Shown here in pieces: positions 36,670 to 49,294 of a stretch of DNA of 64,000 nucleotides. The DNA is from Bilabrum cf. latius. Taxonomy: Eukaryota. The position numbers and the translations under genes were made by a program. How positions within the stretch are numbered: the stretch's first letter is position 1; every line of letters begins with the position of its first letter. The stretch lies in the NCBI GenBank assembly GCA_965178125.1, contig OZ237736.1:868001-932000 (forward strand), written 5' to 3'. The notes beneath the pieces are model-generated. The model ran no database searches. It saw nothing but the letters and a program-made list of their open reading frames with translations, and was not told the DNA's origin.

Positions 36670-38628
36670 TCACGATGCTTCCGTTGCATCGTCACCGTTG
36701 CTAGTCGGCGGCACCGCAGCCACGGGCTCCTTCGAGGTAGTGCCAGCCATCTCCACCTGGATGTGCTCGCCGCCACCGGCAGCAGGCTTGTCGCCGCTAG
36801 CACCGTGGTGACCCCCGTGCCCGGCCTGGGCGGGCGGCGGCCCCGCTGCGATCATGCCCAGCGCCAGCATTGCCTCGAGCACGGCGACTGCAAGCACCAC
36901 CACCGCCAGCCAGACGTACCACGAGATCCAGAGGGGCCTCCGGAGCAGGCCCATGAACACTCCCAGGCTGATGTTGATGTATCCAAGGACCAAAGCCAAG
37001 CGACCGCTGTTCTTGTGGAGGAGCTCCCACGCCGGTCGGAAGCTCTTGAACGAATCCTCTCCTGTGCAGAAGCAGCAGCACCATCTCCACCCGCAGAACA
37101 GCCACATGCGCTCGCTGTACTGCTCCAGTGTCTCCCCAGGGTGCGGGCGGATCATTGCGTTGACCACCTGCAGCCACCCGAGGATCATCGTGATGAATCC
37201 GATGGCGCTGTGCGCAAAAATAAACGGGACCCCGCCGACGGACTAGATTCCGTACGCCATCCCGACGGTCGCCACGAGCAGGCCCACGCACTGGATGCCG
37301 CGGTGCAGCTGGAACCACAGGGGAGGGTGCCACGGCTTCAGGTACCTAGCGATGCCGGCCCCCAGGGGAAGCAGCACGCCCCACCCGATCACCATGAGGA
37401 TCCCATGCGGCTCCCACCTGTACCGAGTGGGGTTGCCTGCGCCCGACAGGGCGGGCGTGTCAGCCACAGAGCCGGAGAGCCTGAAGACAGCCCCCGAGGA
37501 AGGCACCACGGCGAACACTGACCCGTTGGACCCCGCACCGGCCGCGAGCTGCACGAAGCGAGACGGCGGTCCTCCGGGCACAGCGTGCCTGGACCACGCC
37601 CCTGTTTTCGCATTGAGCACGTTCAGAACTTCCAGGTCAGAGACGTCGTGGCTGGACACCTGCGGGCTCGTCTCGCTGCCACCCCACACGATCACGGAGC
37701 GCTGGCCGGGGATCGGCGCCATGCGGTGCTGCCACCTGGCCTCCGTGATGTGCTCCGTGCCCGTCTCTCCCTCATCCAGGCGCTCCCACTGCGCGTCCCC
37801 GTCCTCCAGCCCGCCCTCCCAGTCCATCCTCCACGTGTCGAAGGACGGGCACGGACCCGCCGCGAAGCCGCCGTTGAGGCAGCCACCGTGGAAGAGCAGC
37901 TCGCGCTTCAGCGTGCCCCCCAGGCCACGGCCAGATGTACCAGGCATATCTCTCGAACGCTGGATCTCGGTCGCGGCTGCGGCTTCCCCGTTGGTGTCGG
38001 CGAGCGGGAGGACAGCCCCGGCAGCCAGGCACCTCGAGTGTGGCTGGCGGGGGTTGTACGGAGGCGTCTGCCGACGAACGCGTCGCCATCGGGCCGGAGA
38101 TTCATTGAGATCCAGTGTGAATGAATCTGACCAGCGCTTCGTGTCGCTAAATCCATGCGTGAGCAGCAGCACGCTGTCGCCGTCGGCGATTCCACCATTG
38201 CTGCCGTACCTCTCGATGGGAGCGTCGCCTTCTGCTGCAACTTCGGTCCACTACTGCGGTGACGGCTGTGAAATATTAAGCATCCACACGTCATTGCGGT
38301 TTACTGGTCCATTTCTCCCTGTGGAAATGACGAAGTGCCTGGAACCATCCTAGAGCGTTGCAACTCCGTGCACGGCATCTGTGCGGGGTGGGGGCACCTG
38401 GGACAGTGCCAGCTACCTCCAAGATCTTGTGCTTAACGAAAATTCCCACGTGCTAGAATCACTTGCTAGCCGAAGCAGACGTTGATGGTCTCCGTCCCAA
38501 ACAAGCGCGGGCCGGCCGTTTCCAATCCAAACACCATCTCCCCCAACCAACTCCCATTGCAGCAGAGCTCCGAAAGACTGGGCGAGAGAAACAGCAATGC
38601 AACAAATCTACAAGAGCACGCTAGTCAT
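36670..38628 (-). CDS. Signal peptide + Kelch-like beta-propeller + cytochrome b561 membrane domain
   Basis: Kelch-like units (PPPRTDAVHG..NDVWML, PIERYGSNGG..THGF, LFHGG..DTWR, VWGG). b561 His motifs HGILMVIGWG, WFQLHRGIQ, AHSAIG..LQ..RP, WELLHKNSGR. One frame through TAGs; ends TGA. Confidence 0.85.
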
Positions 38629-39111
38629 CCCTAGCCGCAATTGGCCGCAAAACTTGACTAATCTTCAGTTCTGCTTGGGCCCCGTCACTGGATTGACCCG
38701 ACCACTTTCCATCTTCGTCTTCAGTATCGGAACACGTCACATCAGGTTGCAACCGGGTCTGCACGACAGTAGACTGGCCAGAATGCAAGGTTAAAGCAAT
38801 TACTAGGCAACTGCACGAGCACGACTGGGAAAAGTTCTTGATGGTACGTATGGCGCCATCTCTACCATTTCATTCGCCATGTGACGACTTTGGCAAGTCA
38901 CTTTGCAACACATTCCACACCATTGGACTCGAAGATATGCTTGCAAGTTATTGAGTTATAGTATTTTTGCATTAATGTCGTACAGCAGTGTATTGTTCGC
39001 TAGCTCTCGATCTTGTTCTCGTATATCAGATTTATTCATAACCTTATAAAATGGTGATCGGATCGAGCTGCCACCAACTCGATTCTAGTATTTTCTGCCT
39101 GTTATCGAAGT

Positions 39112-39635
39112 ATGGGCGCCGCCCAGATCAAGTCAAAGGATGCCAAGGCCAAGGCAGCTGCTGCCGGTGGCAAGGGCAAGCGCAAGGTGAGTAGGCAGTC
39201 TTCGAATCGAATAGACCATCTCGTTGCTGTTTAGCACATTCTGCAACTGCAAGTTCTACGTGAAATGCTCGATCATGTTTGCGCAGAAGTGGTCCAAGGG
39301 AAAGGCTAGGGACAAGTTGAACAACCTTGTGCTGTTCGATGCCAAGACCTTGAAGGATTTCAACTCCCAGGTGCCTAAGGTTAGCTGACTGAGTGTTTGT
39401 GCCGCCTTGAGTCGAATTCGTCCTCGTTTGTCTACTTCCATCCCATGCTTGCACACGTGATTTTGCTCTCATTATGCAGATGAAGCTGATCACCACCTCC
39501 ACGGTGTCTGAGCGCTTCAAGGTGACTGGCACTCTTGCTCGCGCCGCACTGCTTGGCCTCGAGAAGGAGGGCAAGATCCGTGCCGTCACCAAGCACAGCA
39601 GCCAGGTGATCTTCACCCGTGCTACCAAGGCCTGA
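39112..39635 (+). CDS. RPS25: 40S ribosomal protein S25 (eS25)
   Basis: Exons 39112-39186, 39287-39379, 39480-39635: ...[25 protein letters not shown]...[27 protein letters not shown]...[16 protein letters not shown]. Confidence 0.97.
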
Positions 39636-39809
39636 AGTTAATATGAGGGGTTGGGCTGCCACGACCCGTCTATCTGGGTGTCGTAGTTGGCTAGTTAGGC
39701 ATCGATGTGGGAGTAGATGCCTGTCGTAGGGAGAACCTTGCGTCAGATGCAATCGAAGAATGCTTTCGCATCGTAATCACATTCAGTCAGATCTTCCACA
39801 CAGTTACGA

Positions 39810-42800
39810 TCAGTTACCGCGCATGAATTGGGTCATGGAGGCTTGGCGAGTTGCCAGAGCTGTTCTGGCAGTTCCAGCCGCAGGTCCTGATCTGGGCTGC
39901 TCAGGCGCACCTGCCTTGGCATCAGCAGCTCCTATCCTTGCAGCACGCGCTGCAGATGCTGACAAAGGACTGGAAATGTGCCCGCCGCCGAGCACGCCCC
40001 TGGCACCGCCAGCTGCCTTCTTCAGCCCTGTGCGGGCTATCCTTGCAGCCTTCTGCTGGCCCCAGCCCATCCTAGGCGCAGCGATACCCTGCTTCCTGGT
40101 CGCTCCCCATAGGTTAATTTCACGAATCTTGCCTGCGCGTGCCTCGATTCGGCCGCTCGGCCTATCCGGAGGGTCCTGAGAATCGGCAACCTAATCGATC
40201 TGCACCCTCTGGGCCGCCGATGGATGCCCGGGCTCGGCGCGGCGGCGCTTCTTGCGGGGACCACCTGAAGCAGCTGCTCGGCCCGTTGCCCGGGAGACTG
40301 TCTTCTGTCTCTCCCTCGACCGCCGTGCGGCCGCCTCTGCGCCCTGGTCCATGGCGCGGAGCACGTCGTCTTCGAACGTGACGGCGGGCTTGCTCTTCTT
40401 GCGTAATGTCCGCGCCATCGACCGTGCTGCTGAGGAGCCCCTGTCCCGAGCGATGGAATCTACTGGCAGCTAGTCCCGCCGCCGCTTGCCTCCGACCTCG
40501 CCCCGGCTGATACCCTCATCCCCGCCTCGGCGCCGTGCCCGCTGCTACCACTGTGCGTCACTGCCGCCGATTGCAACCGCCCGACCACTGTTCGACTCCG
40601 AGTCGGTGTCCTCTCTGATCCCCACTCCCAGGATGGAGGTCAGGTGCGCCACAAGGTCCTCGTCCTCGTCTTCATCCTTGCCCTGGCCCACAACCATGCC
40701 AGGACCAGATACCTATCCAGTATGCGTGGCAACCGCGCCCCCAGCAGCAGCAGCAGTATCCATTACGCGCCCCCGCAGCCCCCCCGGGTCAGAGACTAGC
40801 CTGCCCTTAGAATCTACTCTCCTAGCGCCACTATTTGGCACCACCTAGCTGATGATTCGCTCGACTGGGACCTGCAGACGAGAGCCCGATGCTACTCGAA
40901 CCCCTCTCCTCCTGTGTGCGACTGCCGCGGCCATCCGCACTGCAGCTGAGGCAGACACTGAGTCGCTCGGGTCGGTGGGCGGGGGCCTTGCGAGCGCACC
41001 CGACACCTTGGTGCCAGTGGGTGGGGGCATCAGCGTGGCACCCAAGGACGACTCTATCCTGGCGCCGCCCTGGGAGTTGGTGGCGCCTCGGGACACATCG
41101 TCTCGTTGGCTACATGCACCGTGGGGCGACCCCTCTACCGTCGCGGCGCCGGTGGGCACGTTGGCACCGTTGGGACTCGACCGCCCTTGGCTCCCCACTG
41201 GCAGCTGGTGCTACTCCTGGGAGGGACGGAGGCGTTGGGGTGAGGCAAGGCCATCGTGGAGCGGGTCATCATCGAGCCCGGCCCCGAAAAGCATGTCGTC
41301 GTTGCTGGAATCGCTGGCTTCTCCAGCATCAGCGTCATCAGCCACGGGTGAAAACGAGTGTGAGAGAGGCTCTGGTTCCAGCTGGGGCTTGTTTGAGAGT
41401 GTGGGTCGTGGGGGATCGCCTGTCTGGTCGCTGCGTCTGCGCCGCTGTGATTGAACCTTGCTGCCACCGCCTGCATCAGTTTCCACATCAGTGTCTGCAT
41501 CAGTTTCCACATCAGTGTCTGCATCTGTGTCGCTGTCACTGGAATAATCAGATCTCTTGCTTGCCTCGGCACCAGAATGCCGGGCACCAACAGAAGCACC
41601 GTTTCTGCCGGTGGCGCCGAGCAGCGCCGAGCTCTGGCTCGTCCGCTAGACCATCTCTGCCGTTCCGAGCCCTAGCCCCAAATGGTCCGGCGCTTCCTCA
41701 TCGGCTGAACCTGCGCCAGAGGAGCGACCAATTTGGGGTGCGTGGGCACTCTGCATCGCAGATGAAGCTGCAGCCTGCGGAGCTCGGATACTCTGTGGTA
41801 CCGGCTGCTCTGCAGCAGCGCTTACGACAGCAGCACTGGGTTGCCACCCCACCCCTGCTCTCGTCGCTGGATCCTCCGAGGAGATCTGCAGCACGTCCGG
41901 GTCATCTTCATCCGCGAGCGTGAGGTCAAACCCGGTTGCTTGGACGGCAGCAGTGAATGCATCTACCTCGGGGTGCGCGTGCTGGTGGTGCATCTGCGAC
42001 CCAGCTGCGAGCTGCGAGTCGCCATGCACGAGATGCAGCAGCCCGGCGGCCTGTTGCATCCCCCTCTTCAGCTGGGTTGGACCAGGACGGACCGGAACCA
42101 TCGTGGGGGGCAGCGTTAGCGGGATTTCGCGCTCCGCGACGTTGGTGCGCCCTTCGTTCGCACCTGACTGGAGCTCACCCACGGCGGGCCCAGGCTCCCC
42201 GCCTCCGTGATGCCTCATAAATGACATTGCCGCTCGCTGTGACAGCCGCGTTGATAGAAGCTTGGGCCTGGATGCAGCTGGTGGGTTCTAGATGCTGGTC
42301 GCGCTGGGTTTCGACCTCACCGAGGAGGCCACCGCTGGAGCAGACGGTCGAAACCGCCTGCCGTTCCGAGTTGATTTGCCGCGGGACCTAGCATGCTATG
42401 AGAAGCCGTCCGTCTCCCCATCGCTGCGTCCGCTGCTATCGGCACCTTGATTGTCACCACGACTCGAATAGCTGTCGCTGCTCCCTGATAGCACGTCAAC
42501 GACCTCGTCTTCCTCCTCCTCCTCCTCCTCCTCCTCCTCGATGCTGCTGCCCAAATCATCTGCCCCCCGCCTCTACTTCTGCCTTCTATCAATGGATGCT
42601 CGCTGGGAGCTCCCGGGCTGCCGACGCGATCGCCCACCCACCCCACCCCCACGTTGTCCACTGCACCCGACGGTGCCATCATCGTTCCGGTCCGCGCCTC
42701 CGTCTTCGTCGTTGGCCAGACTGGGCAAAACTCCGCCGCGCTCCAGTAGGCACTGTCCGTATGCATGAGCCCTATGCTCCGATCGATTGAGCGCATGCCT

Positions 42801-44552
42801 CACTTTCCGAAGGAGGAGCTTGTGCCCCTTCAGATCACCTTTGACGAGGCTCAGCTCGCGCTGCACCGACACCGTCCTTGCTCGCTCCTGAGCAGCTGTT
42901 TCTTCCCAGTTGGTCGCAAGCCTCGCCCTTGACCTCGTCAGCAGGCAGCAGTTGTGCAGGTGCTAAAGAGCCGCCCTGCATTCCCGCAGCGCTTTCTGCG
43001 CCACACGATCCGCTTTCGAGGAGGAGACCGAGGACGACGACGAAGATGAAAATGACGACGCGGTGGCGGCGCCCGGCCGACCGGCAGCGTGCACGGAAGC
43101 TGCCGTTGCGCTCCTTGGGTTTACGAACGCAGCGCGGGTCACCACCCCGCCTCGCCCGTTGGCAGCCGCTGCCACCGCACCCCTCGACCCCCCCTGCACC
43201 CCGTCCTACACCCCACTGACTGCTGCAGCAGACCATCCGGCCCCCCGGCTCCTGCCGGCAGCTGCCTCCGCCACGTCACTCGGCAGCCTCCTGTTCCCTG
43301 GCCCGCCCCCCTGGAGACCACCGCGCTGCCTGCGGAGAGCGCGGCGGGCTGCCCCTAGTTCTGCGGATGTTTCGGCTTCAACAAGCCCCTTGAGCGCTTT
43401 GGCTGTCTTCTGGAGTGCGCGCACGGTGACGTTTGCGTCGCCCCTGTCCATGCCCATGCGGGCCGACTTGGAGACGATCTCCTGGCCGTGAGACAGGCCG
43501 AGAGACGCAGATATGTCCCCGGAAGCTCGATCCAATAGGTTTGGTCTAGAAAGCCCCGCAGACTGCTGCGCATACGCAGTAGGGTGCAGCGCACCGGCCG
43601 TGGCGCCGGTTGCCTCCTGCTCTGCAGCAAGCACCCAGGCAGGGAGCGGCCCCCCGCTGTAGATGTGCTTGAACATCGCGACATACTCCTGCTTGTCGAA
43701 GCAAGATAAACTACGAGAGGCATTGAGAGGCGGGGAAAGGGCATTGGGGGGATCTTGGTTGGTCCAGAGAGAGAGGGAGGCGGGCTGGAGGGCTGGAGGC
43801 AACCTGAACAAGTCGCACAGGGCGAGTGGCTAGGCTGAAAGACCCGGCAAAATATTGGGCGCAGTCTCAAAAGGCAACAAAAAGTGATCAACTCACTACC
43901 GCAAAGACGCCAGGATGGTTTTGTTGCGCTTGGTAGAAGACTCCAAAGCCTCGATCCTCTGCTGCTGCTAGGTCGACTTGTCTCTAAGCTTTGCGTGAGA
44001 CTCCGTGAGCTCAACCAGTCTGCGGTTCTGCTTGGACAGCAATTCATTCGATTCGTGCATCGATTCTAAGGCTTGCTCAGATACCTCTTGCTTCTCTCTG
44101 GCGGTCTGTTTGAGCTGCTCCATGCGAGACAGCAACTGCTCATGTACTGCCCTCTGCCCGTCCATAATACGAGATTGTCGTTCCAACTCTGCATCCTTTG
44201 CCTATAACTCTTCCCTTAGTTGAACGTTGGTTCGGATTTTGTCATATGCGGTCTGTGAAATGTCCTCAGCCTCTTCGTCGCCGCCGCGTTCGAACTAGCT
44301 ATCGTCTGCAGCCGTCCTTAGGTCTGGCCGAACGACATGCACACTAACGCTTGACGCCTTGCAAATTGGACATTTGAGGGGGCTGCTAGTTTGCTTCCAG
44401 CGCTCGATGCAACCCCGATGGAACGTATGGCCGCACTCAGATGGGTTAGTGTGGTGTCCCAGAATTGCCAAAGACTCCTCTTCTGGGCAATCGTCTGAAA
44501 TCCGGATATAATCACAACAAATCGGGCACATCATGACCTGAGTGCTCGTCAT
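39810..44552 (-). CDS. RING-H2 E3 ligase with coiled coil, long disordered tail and terminal PIP-box-like motif (TRAIP-like)
   Basis: CPICCD...ECGHTFHRGCIERW..CPICK followed by a coiled coil. ORF pieces share one frame through TAGs; in-frame intron 43711-43896. C-terminus QASMTQFMRGN-TGA. Confidence 0.75.
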
Positions 44553-44698
44553 GGCGGCCCCGGGTTCTCCGGAAGCCGCCTAGCCAGTCAGGCAGGGATA
44601 TTTGGCGAAAACGGGCTGGAGCGTCGCGGCAAACCGGAAGCAGGCCATCACGAAGGCGGCGAGCTGCTCGAGCATCCGTACCGGCAGCAGCAAGCGTC

Positions 44699-45489
44699 TC
44701 AGAAATCCAGGTCGTCTTCCTCTTCATCGTCATCCTCATTAGCTTCCTCGTCTGCAGCCTTCCTTGCGTCTGCATCAGCCTCTCCAGCCTCGCCGCTATC
44801 GCCTTCGGTGAGCCCAAGGTCCTGTCCCATCCCCATCGCCATGCCGCCCAAATCCACGAGCCCATCGGTTCGCTTCGAGCTCGAATCATCCGCCCCGGCC
44901 CCGGAGGCTGCTGGGCTATCGCCTGGCATTGCCTTGCCAGAATAAGCGTCCCCTGCAGTCGGTGGTCCTGCTGCGTCACCTGTTCCGCGGAACTCTGTCT
45001 CGAATGCATCTGGCCACGTCCCGGCTCGAACCAACTCTTTCACGTGCTCCCTTAGGATGGGCCTCTCGATCATATATGTTACAGATCCTTTCGTGCCTGC
45101 AGCAGTCGATACATCGCCATCCGATTTCGATACTAGCACATACTCGCCTTTCCGAACCCAGACTAGCTTCCTAAACTTGGTTGGAAGCATGCACAGGCCT
45201 GCGTTTCCATGCTGATCTTCGACCTGCGGGAGAATAGCAATGCGTGTTGTATTGTTATTGAGACGTACAGCGCGTTGGCTTGTACTTCCTCTTGCGATTC
45301 GAGCGGGGTCTTGTGGCTCACCTCGAAGAGGTTGGTTCCATGGGCTCGAAGGATCCTAGCAACGATAGTTGATTCATTGAGCTCGGGCGCTTCATTCATC
45401 ATATCATGAGTAATATGTTTACGGTAAGGTGTTCTTCTCTTTACTCCCGACATCTCGGTATCGTTTGCAGTTCCCGATTTTGCACTCAT
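44699..45489 (-). CDS. EIF1AD: eIF1A-domain RNA-binding protein EIF1AD
   Basis: IVARILRAHGTNLFE/VEDQHGNAGLCMLPTKFRKLVWVRKGEYVLV...HVKELVRAGTWP. Intron 45224-45321; acidic tail; ends TGA. Start 45489 or 45453. Confidence 0.88.
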
Positions 45490-45693
45490 CACTATTTGTT
45501 TGTAACGTTCGGTTCCAAAAAGTTGGAAATTGTCGTTGATGGGATTCAGCCGGCAGAAAGCGATAATCTGGCTCTATTGCAAGGGAAATAGTAAGGATTC
45601 GCCGTCAATATACGAATTGCAGTGTGATTAGCCACATCATTCGTTGCAACGAGAGCTTCATTCGGATTTCGTGTGCTGATTGAGGCGTGACGC

Positions 45694-47580
45694 ATGGCAG
45701 CGGTTCGAGCATCAGGTCCAGGAAAGGAACTAGGGGAGTCGGACACCGGAGATGATATCTTGTTGTTAAATTTTGTCGGTAGGCCCATTGCATTCAAGGA
45801 CAACTCAGTCCCTGGTACCTGCACGGAGCTCTACACAGGTCGGGCCAGACTGTTCGGTATGACTGTGAAACGTGTCAAGGGGAAGAAACGGAGCGAGTGG
45901 GACATGCTGGGATCTCAGACAGGAAGAGATGTTGTGCGAATTATCCGAGATTCCAGACAAGTTGTGAGCATCACCATGCATGATAGAAAGAAGGGCACCA
46001 TGGTACTGAATGTGCCGCTGCTGCCAAGCACAAACATTGCAGTGGCTGCAGACTTTGCGAAAGCCAAGAGGGAAAACATCCGTGCTTGGGTGTTTGATGC
46101 ATACGACTTTTCAGGTGGAGAACGGCAGATGCGACATTTTGCCCTGCGCTTTACAAGGGATCGGGTGCGAGATCCCAACGACCCGACCGGGAAGAAGGCA
46201 GTCCAGCTCGAAACGTCCAAATACGCGCAGAGATTCGAACAGGCATTCAATGCGCAAAAGCGCCACATGGAAGAGCTTGCCCCTGGCCTCTTGGAACAGG
46301 CGAAGCAGGCAGCGGCGTCTGGCGTGGACGGGGAGACAGGGTTCGCTCTCAACCCAGGGCTGGAGGGAATCATGGAGACGCGAACGCACATCACGGAAGT
46401 ATCGGAAGAAGAGGAAACCGATGCTTACGAGTACGAACGCAGATTGAAGCGAGCACAGCTGCTGCAGGAGGCAACCGCGAGGAGCTCAGCAGCGGCCAGC
46501 CCTGCAAAGGCCTGGGCACAGGCACGATCACAGGCACAGGCAAGCGATGCTGATGCACAAATGAAACTCGAGCAGCAGTAGCTCGCGCAGAACACCCAAC
46601 AAGCAACCAATGGAGTACAGGGAACTCCAGTGCGAGCTGCCGCGGGCCCTGGCGCCACAGCAGGCAGCCACCCCGGGCCCGGGCGCATGGCAGACTCGCC
46701 CGAAGGCTCCATTGCCTTTACTGCCTCTCCAGCTGGTGCGACCAACTTGGACATGGGACTCAAGCTGACTCCCGTGCAGTCGCCGGCATACAGCACCAGA
46801 TCAGGCGCAGCCAATCGCAGCGCACTCCGCAGGGAGCGATAGGTCCAGCAGTAGGACCAGGACGATGGCGATGGAGATCAGGAGCCAGCAGGACGCAGCC
46901 CCGCCGGAGCACCAGTCGCTTCCGGGGCCCGTTCCGATGCTGGCCCCACCGCGGGCAGCAGCCTGCTGGAGCCAGGGAACAAGAAGGGCGCGCAGCAGGG
47001 ACGGAACTCCGAAGGCGGCGGGGGCGTTCCCCGTCGGGATGTACACACACAGCCGCCCGTCAAGGCAGCCTCGGGAAGGCTGCACCTGGCCCCCTCTTCC
47101 CCCTCTGACGCTGCCTCAGCAGGCGACTTGGGGGTCGATGAGGTCGATGAGGAGGTCGGTGAGGACGTGGACGTGGCTGCTCCTCCTTCCTCGCTGCAAG
47201 CTGCCAGCGAGGCCACTGCAGGTGGTAGCGGTGACTCGCCCGACATGCCGCCCTCGGGCTCGGGCTCAGTGGCGTCTACCTCTGTTGCTGGCGGCGGGTC
47301 AGAAGCGAGCGCTGCCCGCGGTGAGGGGGTTGCAGCCAGCAAGCAGCCAGTGGCCAAGCCAGAGCCGATGGCAAGCACCTCCAAGCCGAGCGAGGTGGAG
47401 GCTGGGATGAGCGGAGCCGCCAATGCTGGCATCGCGCTGTCGGTGGTGGCTGTGGCCGCCCTGGCGGGCGCTGCGGCGGTGGTGATGGCTCACAAGAAGG
47501 ACGCTAAGGGCAGGGATAGGTCCTGGGGGGAGGCCGCGAGCGCGGCGAGGCAGGCCGTGGCCAAGTTCTTCGGATACTGA
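45694..47580 (+). CDS. RanBP1-like (RanBD/PH-fold) domain protein with C-terminal transmembrane anchor
   Basis: LYTGRARLF..EW..G..RAWVFDAYDFSGGE..FALRF..A.RFEQAF resembles the Ran-binding domain. One frame through TAGs to TM GIALSVVAVAALAGAAAVVMA; ends TGA. Confidence 0.7.
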
Positions 47581-47773
47581 AAAGTTTTGGCCCTGCCCCA
47601 TGTTGTATATACATAGATCTAGTCTATCCTATCGATTTCGAGTTTCGAGGGTCCGCCCGGGGATCACTGCCAGACTGATCTGATGCACAGTGATCGACGC
47701 ATGTCGTTCGCAGAGAAGACAAAAAAAAAAACACTCGATTAATCGCATGCTTGTCACCCAAAACCAAGATAGA

Positions 47774-49114
47774 TCATCCCCGAGTCATCCACTCGGGCTC
47801 CTGGCCCGCGTCCCTGGCGTCATCCAGCTCGTTCATGGCCTGCCTGAATTCCTCCACAGACACCTTGCCCTTCTCGCTCAAATCGTAGTGATCCTTGGCA
47901 CGCTGGTACACGGCCGCAAACTCGCCGTCCGTGAAGCGTCTCCCGATCCTCTCGAAGATGTCTCGGATCGTCCTCGAGTCCCTCGTCTCGACAAAGTCCG
48001 AGTGGTCCACCGAGCGGCTCATGAATCGGCTGGGAGTCACCAGATACTTGACGTCCACGTCCTGGCCGAAATTTTCCTTGCTGGCCAGGGACTGCTGCTT
48101 CCTCGGGGGCACGTCGGTCCGGAGGCTGGGCACGCCGTACACGCGGGAGGGGTCGTGTGGGATGTTGCGGTAGCCCGCCCTGGTTGCCTTGCCCACCGTG
48201 TCGTCGGGGCGACGGTCTGCCTCGTCGTAGTCTCCACGGATGCAATCTGCGGCGGTGGTCCTGTCGGCTGCGCGCTTCACGAGGCCAAACCGCTCCGGGG
48301 GCGGCTGGTCGTAGGCGGCCTGGCCCCTGTTCTTGGTTCGTCCAAGGTGGTCGTGCTGGAACTCGCGCTGCGCAGCGACCTGGATGGGAATCAGCCTCGT
48401 GATGATGGCTTCTTCGTCCTCGCTGGGATCCAAGCATTTGCCCACGCCATTCTTTTCTGGTTTTCGCGCAACTACTCCGAACCGTGACTTGATGGGGTCT
48501 CGCCTGCTGGCCTCCCATGCAACTCCATGCTTGCGCTGCTCGCCGGGCTCGTAAGCGCCGTGAGAGATAACATGCTGGCGCTTAAGTTCGCTATCTGTGT
48601 GAATATCTGTGGAGTCGGCCGGGTAAATGAGGTCTTTGGAGCCTTCGGCTTCCTCGGACGGCTTCCCGCAGACCCTCTGGCCTTCCTTGAAGCCTGGTGG
48701 CAACCTAGCGCCGTGATCGTACCCCTTACCCAACGCTTCGCGCTTTGCAGATTTGTAGATTGCGCCCGCCTTCTCTTCCATCAGCTCCTCCATGGGAGGT
48801 TTTCGCAAGTCCATCACCTCTGAGGCGCCCTCTGCGGCTGGCGCGACTCTGCCGTACACCTTGTCTGTATCAATCGGATCTTTTCTTGCTGGGCCCATTG
48901 CCTTCACTCGGATGCCAGGTTCCTGCACTGGCCGATACTGTCTGATTTTGTCGGGAGTCGGAGGCCGCTTGCCAAACTTGATGCAAGCCTCGGCATCTGC
49001 GTCGTCCCCATAAAACTTCACACCGGCTGCTCGCATCCGGTGCGTAAAGCTAGGGTCATCAGAAGGATTTACATATCCTTTGGGGGGCACATAAACCCGG
49101 GGTGACTCCTCCAT
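47774..49114 (-). CDS. EFHB: EF-hand domain family member B / CFAP21-like ciliary protein
   Basis: IYKSAKREALGKG, SHGAYEPGEQRKH..W, YGVPSLRTD, C-terminal EF-hand-like GKVSVEEFR. Uninterrupted ORF; ends TGA. Confidence 0.75.
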   Translation of the reverse strand: MEESPRVYVPPKGYVNPSDDPSFTHRMRAAGVKFYGDDADAEACIKFGKRPPTPDKIRQYRPVQEPGIRVKAMGPARKDPIDTDKVYGRVAPAAEGASEVMDLRKPPMEELMEEKAGAIYKSAKREALGKGYDHGARLPPGFKEGQRVCGKPSEEAEGSKDLIYPADSTDIHTDSELKRQHVISHGAYEPGEQRKHGVAWEASRRDPIKSRFGVVARKPEKNGVGKCLDPSEDEEAIITRLIPIQVAAQREFQHDHLGRTKNRGQAAYDQPPPERFGLVKRAADRTTAADCIRGDYDEADRRPDDTVGKATRAGYRNIPHDPSRVYGVPSLRTDVPPRKQQSLASKENFGQDVDVKYLVTPSRFMSRSVDHSDFVETRDSRTIRDIFERIGRRFTDGEFAAVYQRAKDHYDLSEKGKVSVEEFRQAMNELDDARDAGQEPEWMTRG

Positions 49115-49294
49115 ACTGAAGACTCTGGGCAACAGTGTTCTGAGATCCGTTTGGGAAGTCGCCGCGCCAAAGGTGCCGGCTGTGGTGGTTCCGCAAGCAA
49201 GGCAGCGCTGGTGGAGGCCGTTGGTGTACCTCTTTGTAAGGCTGTTTCAAAGCACCTTTCTAAAATAACTCTAGAACTCAATGCTTGGACACAA

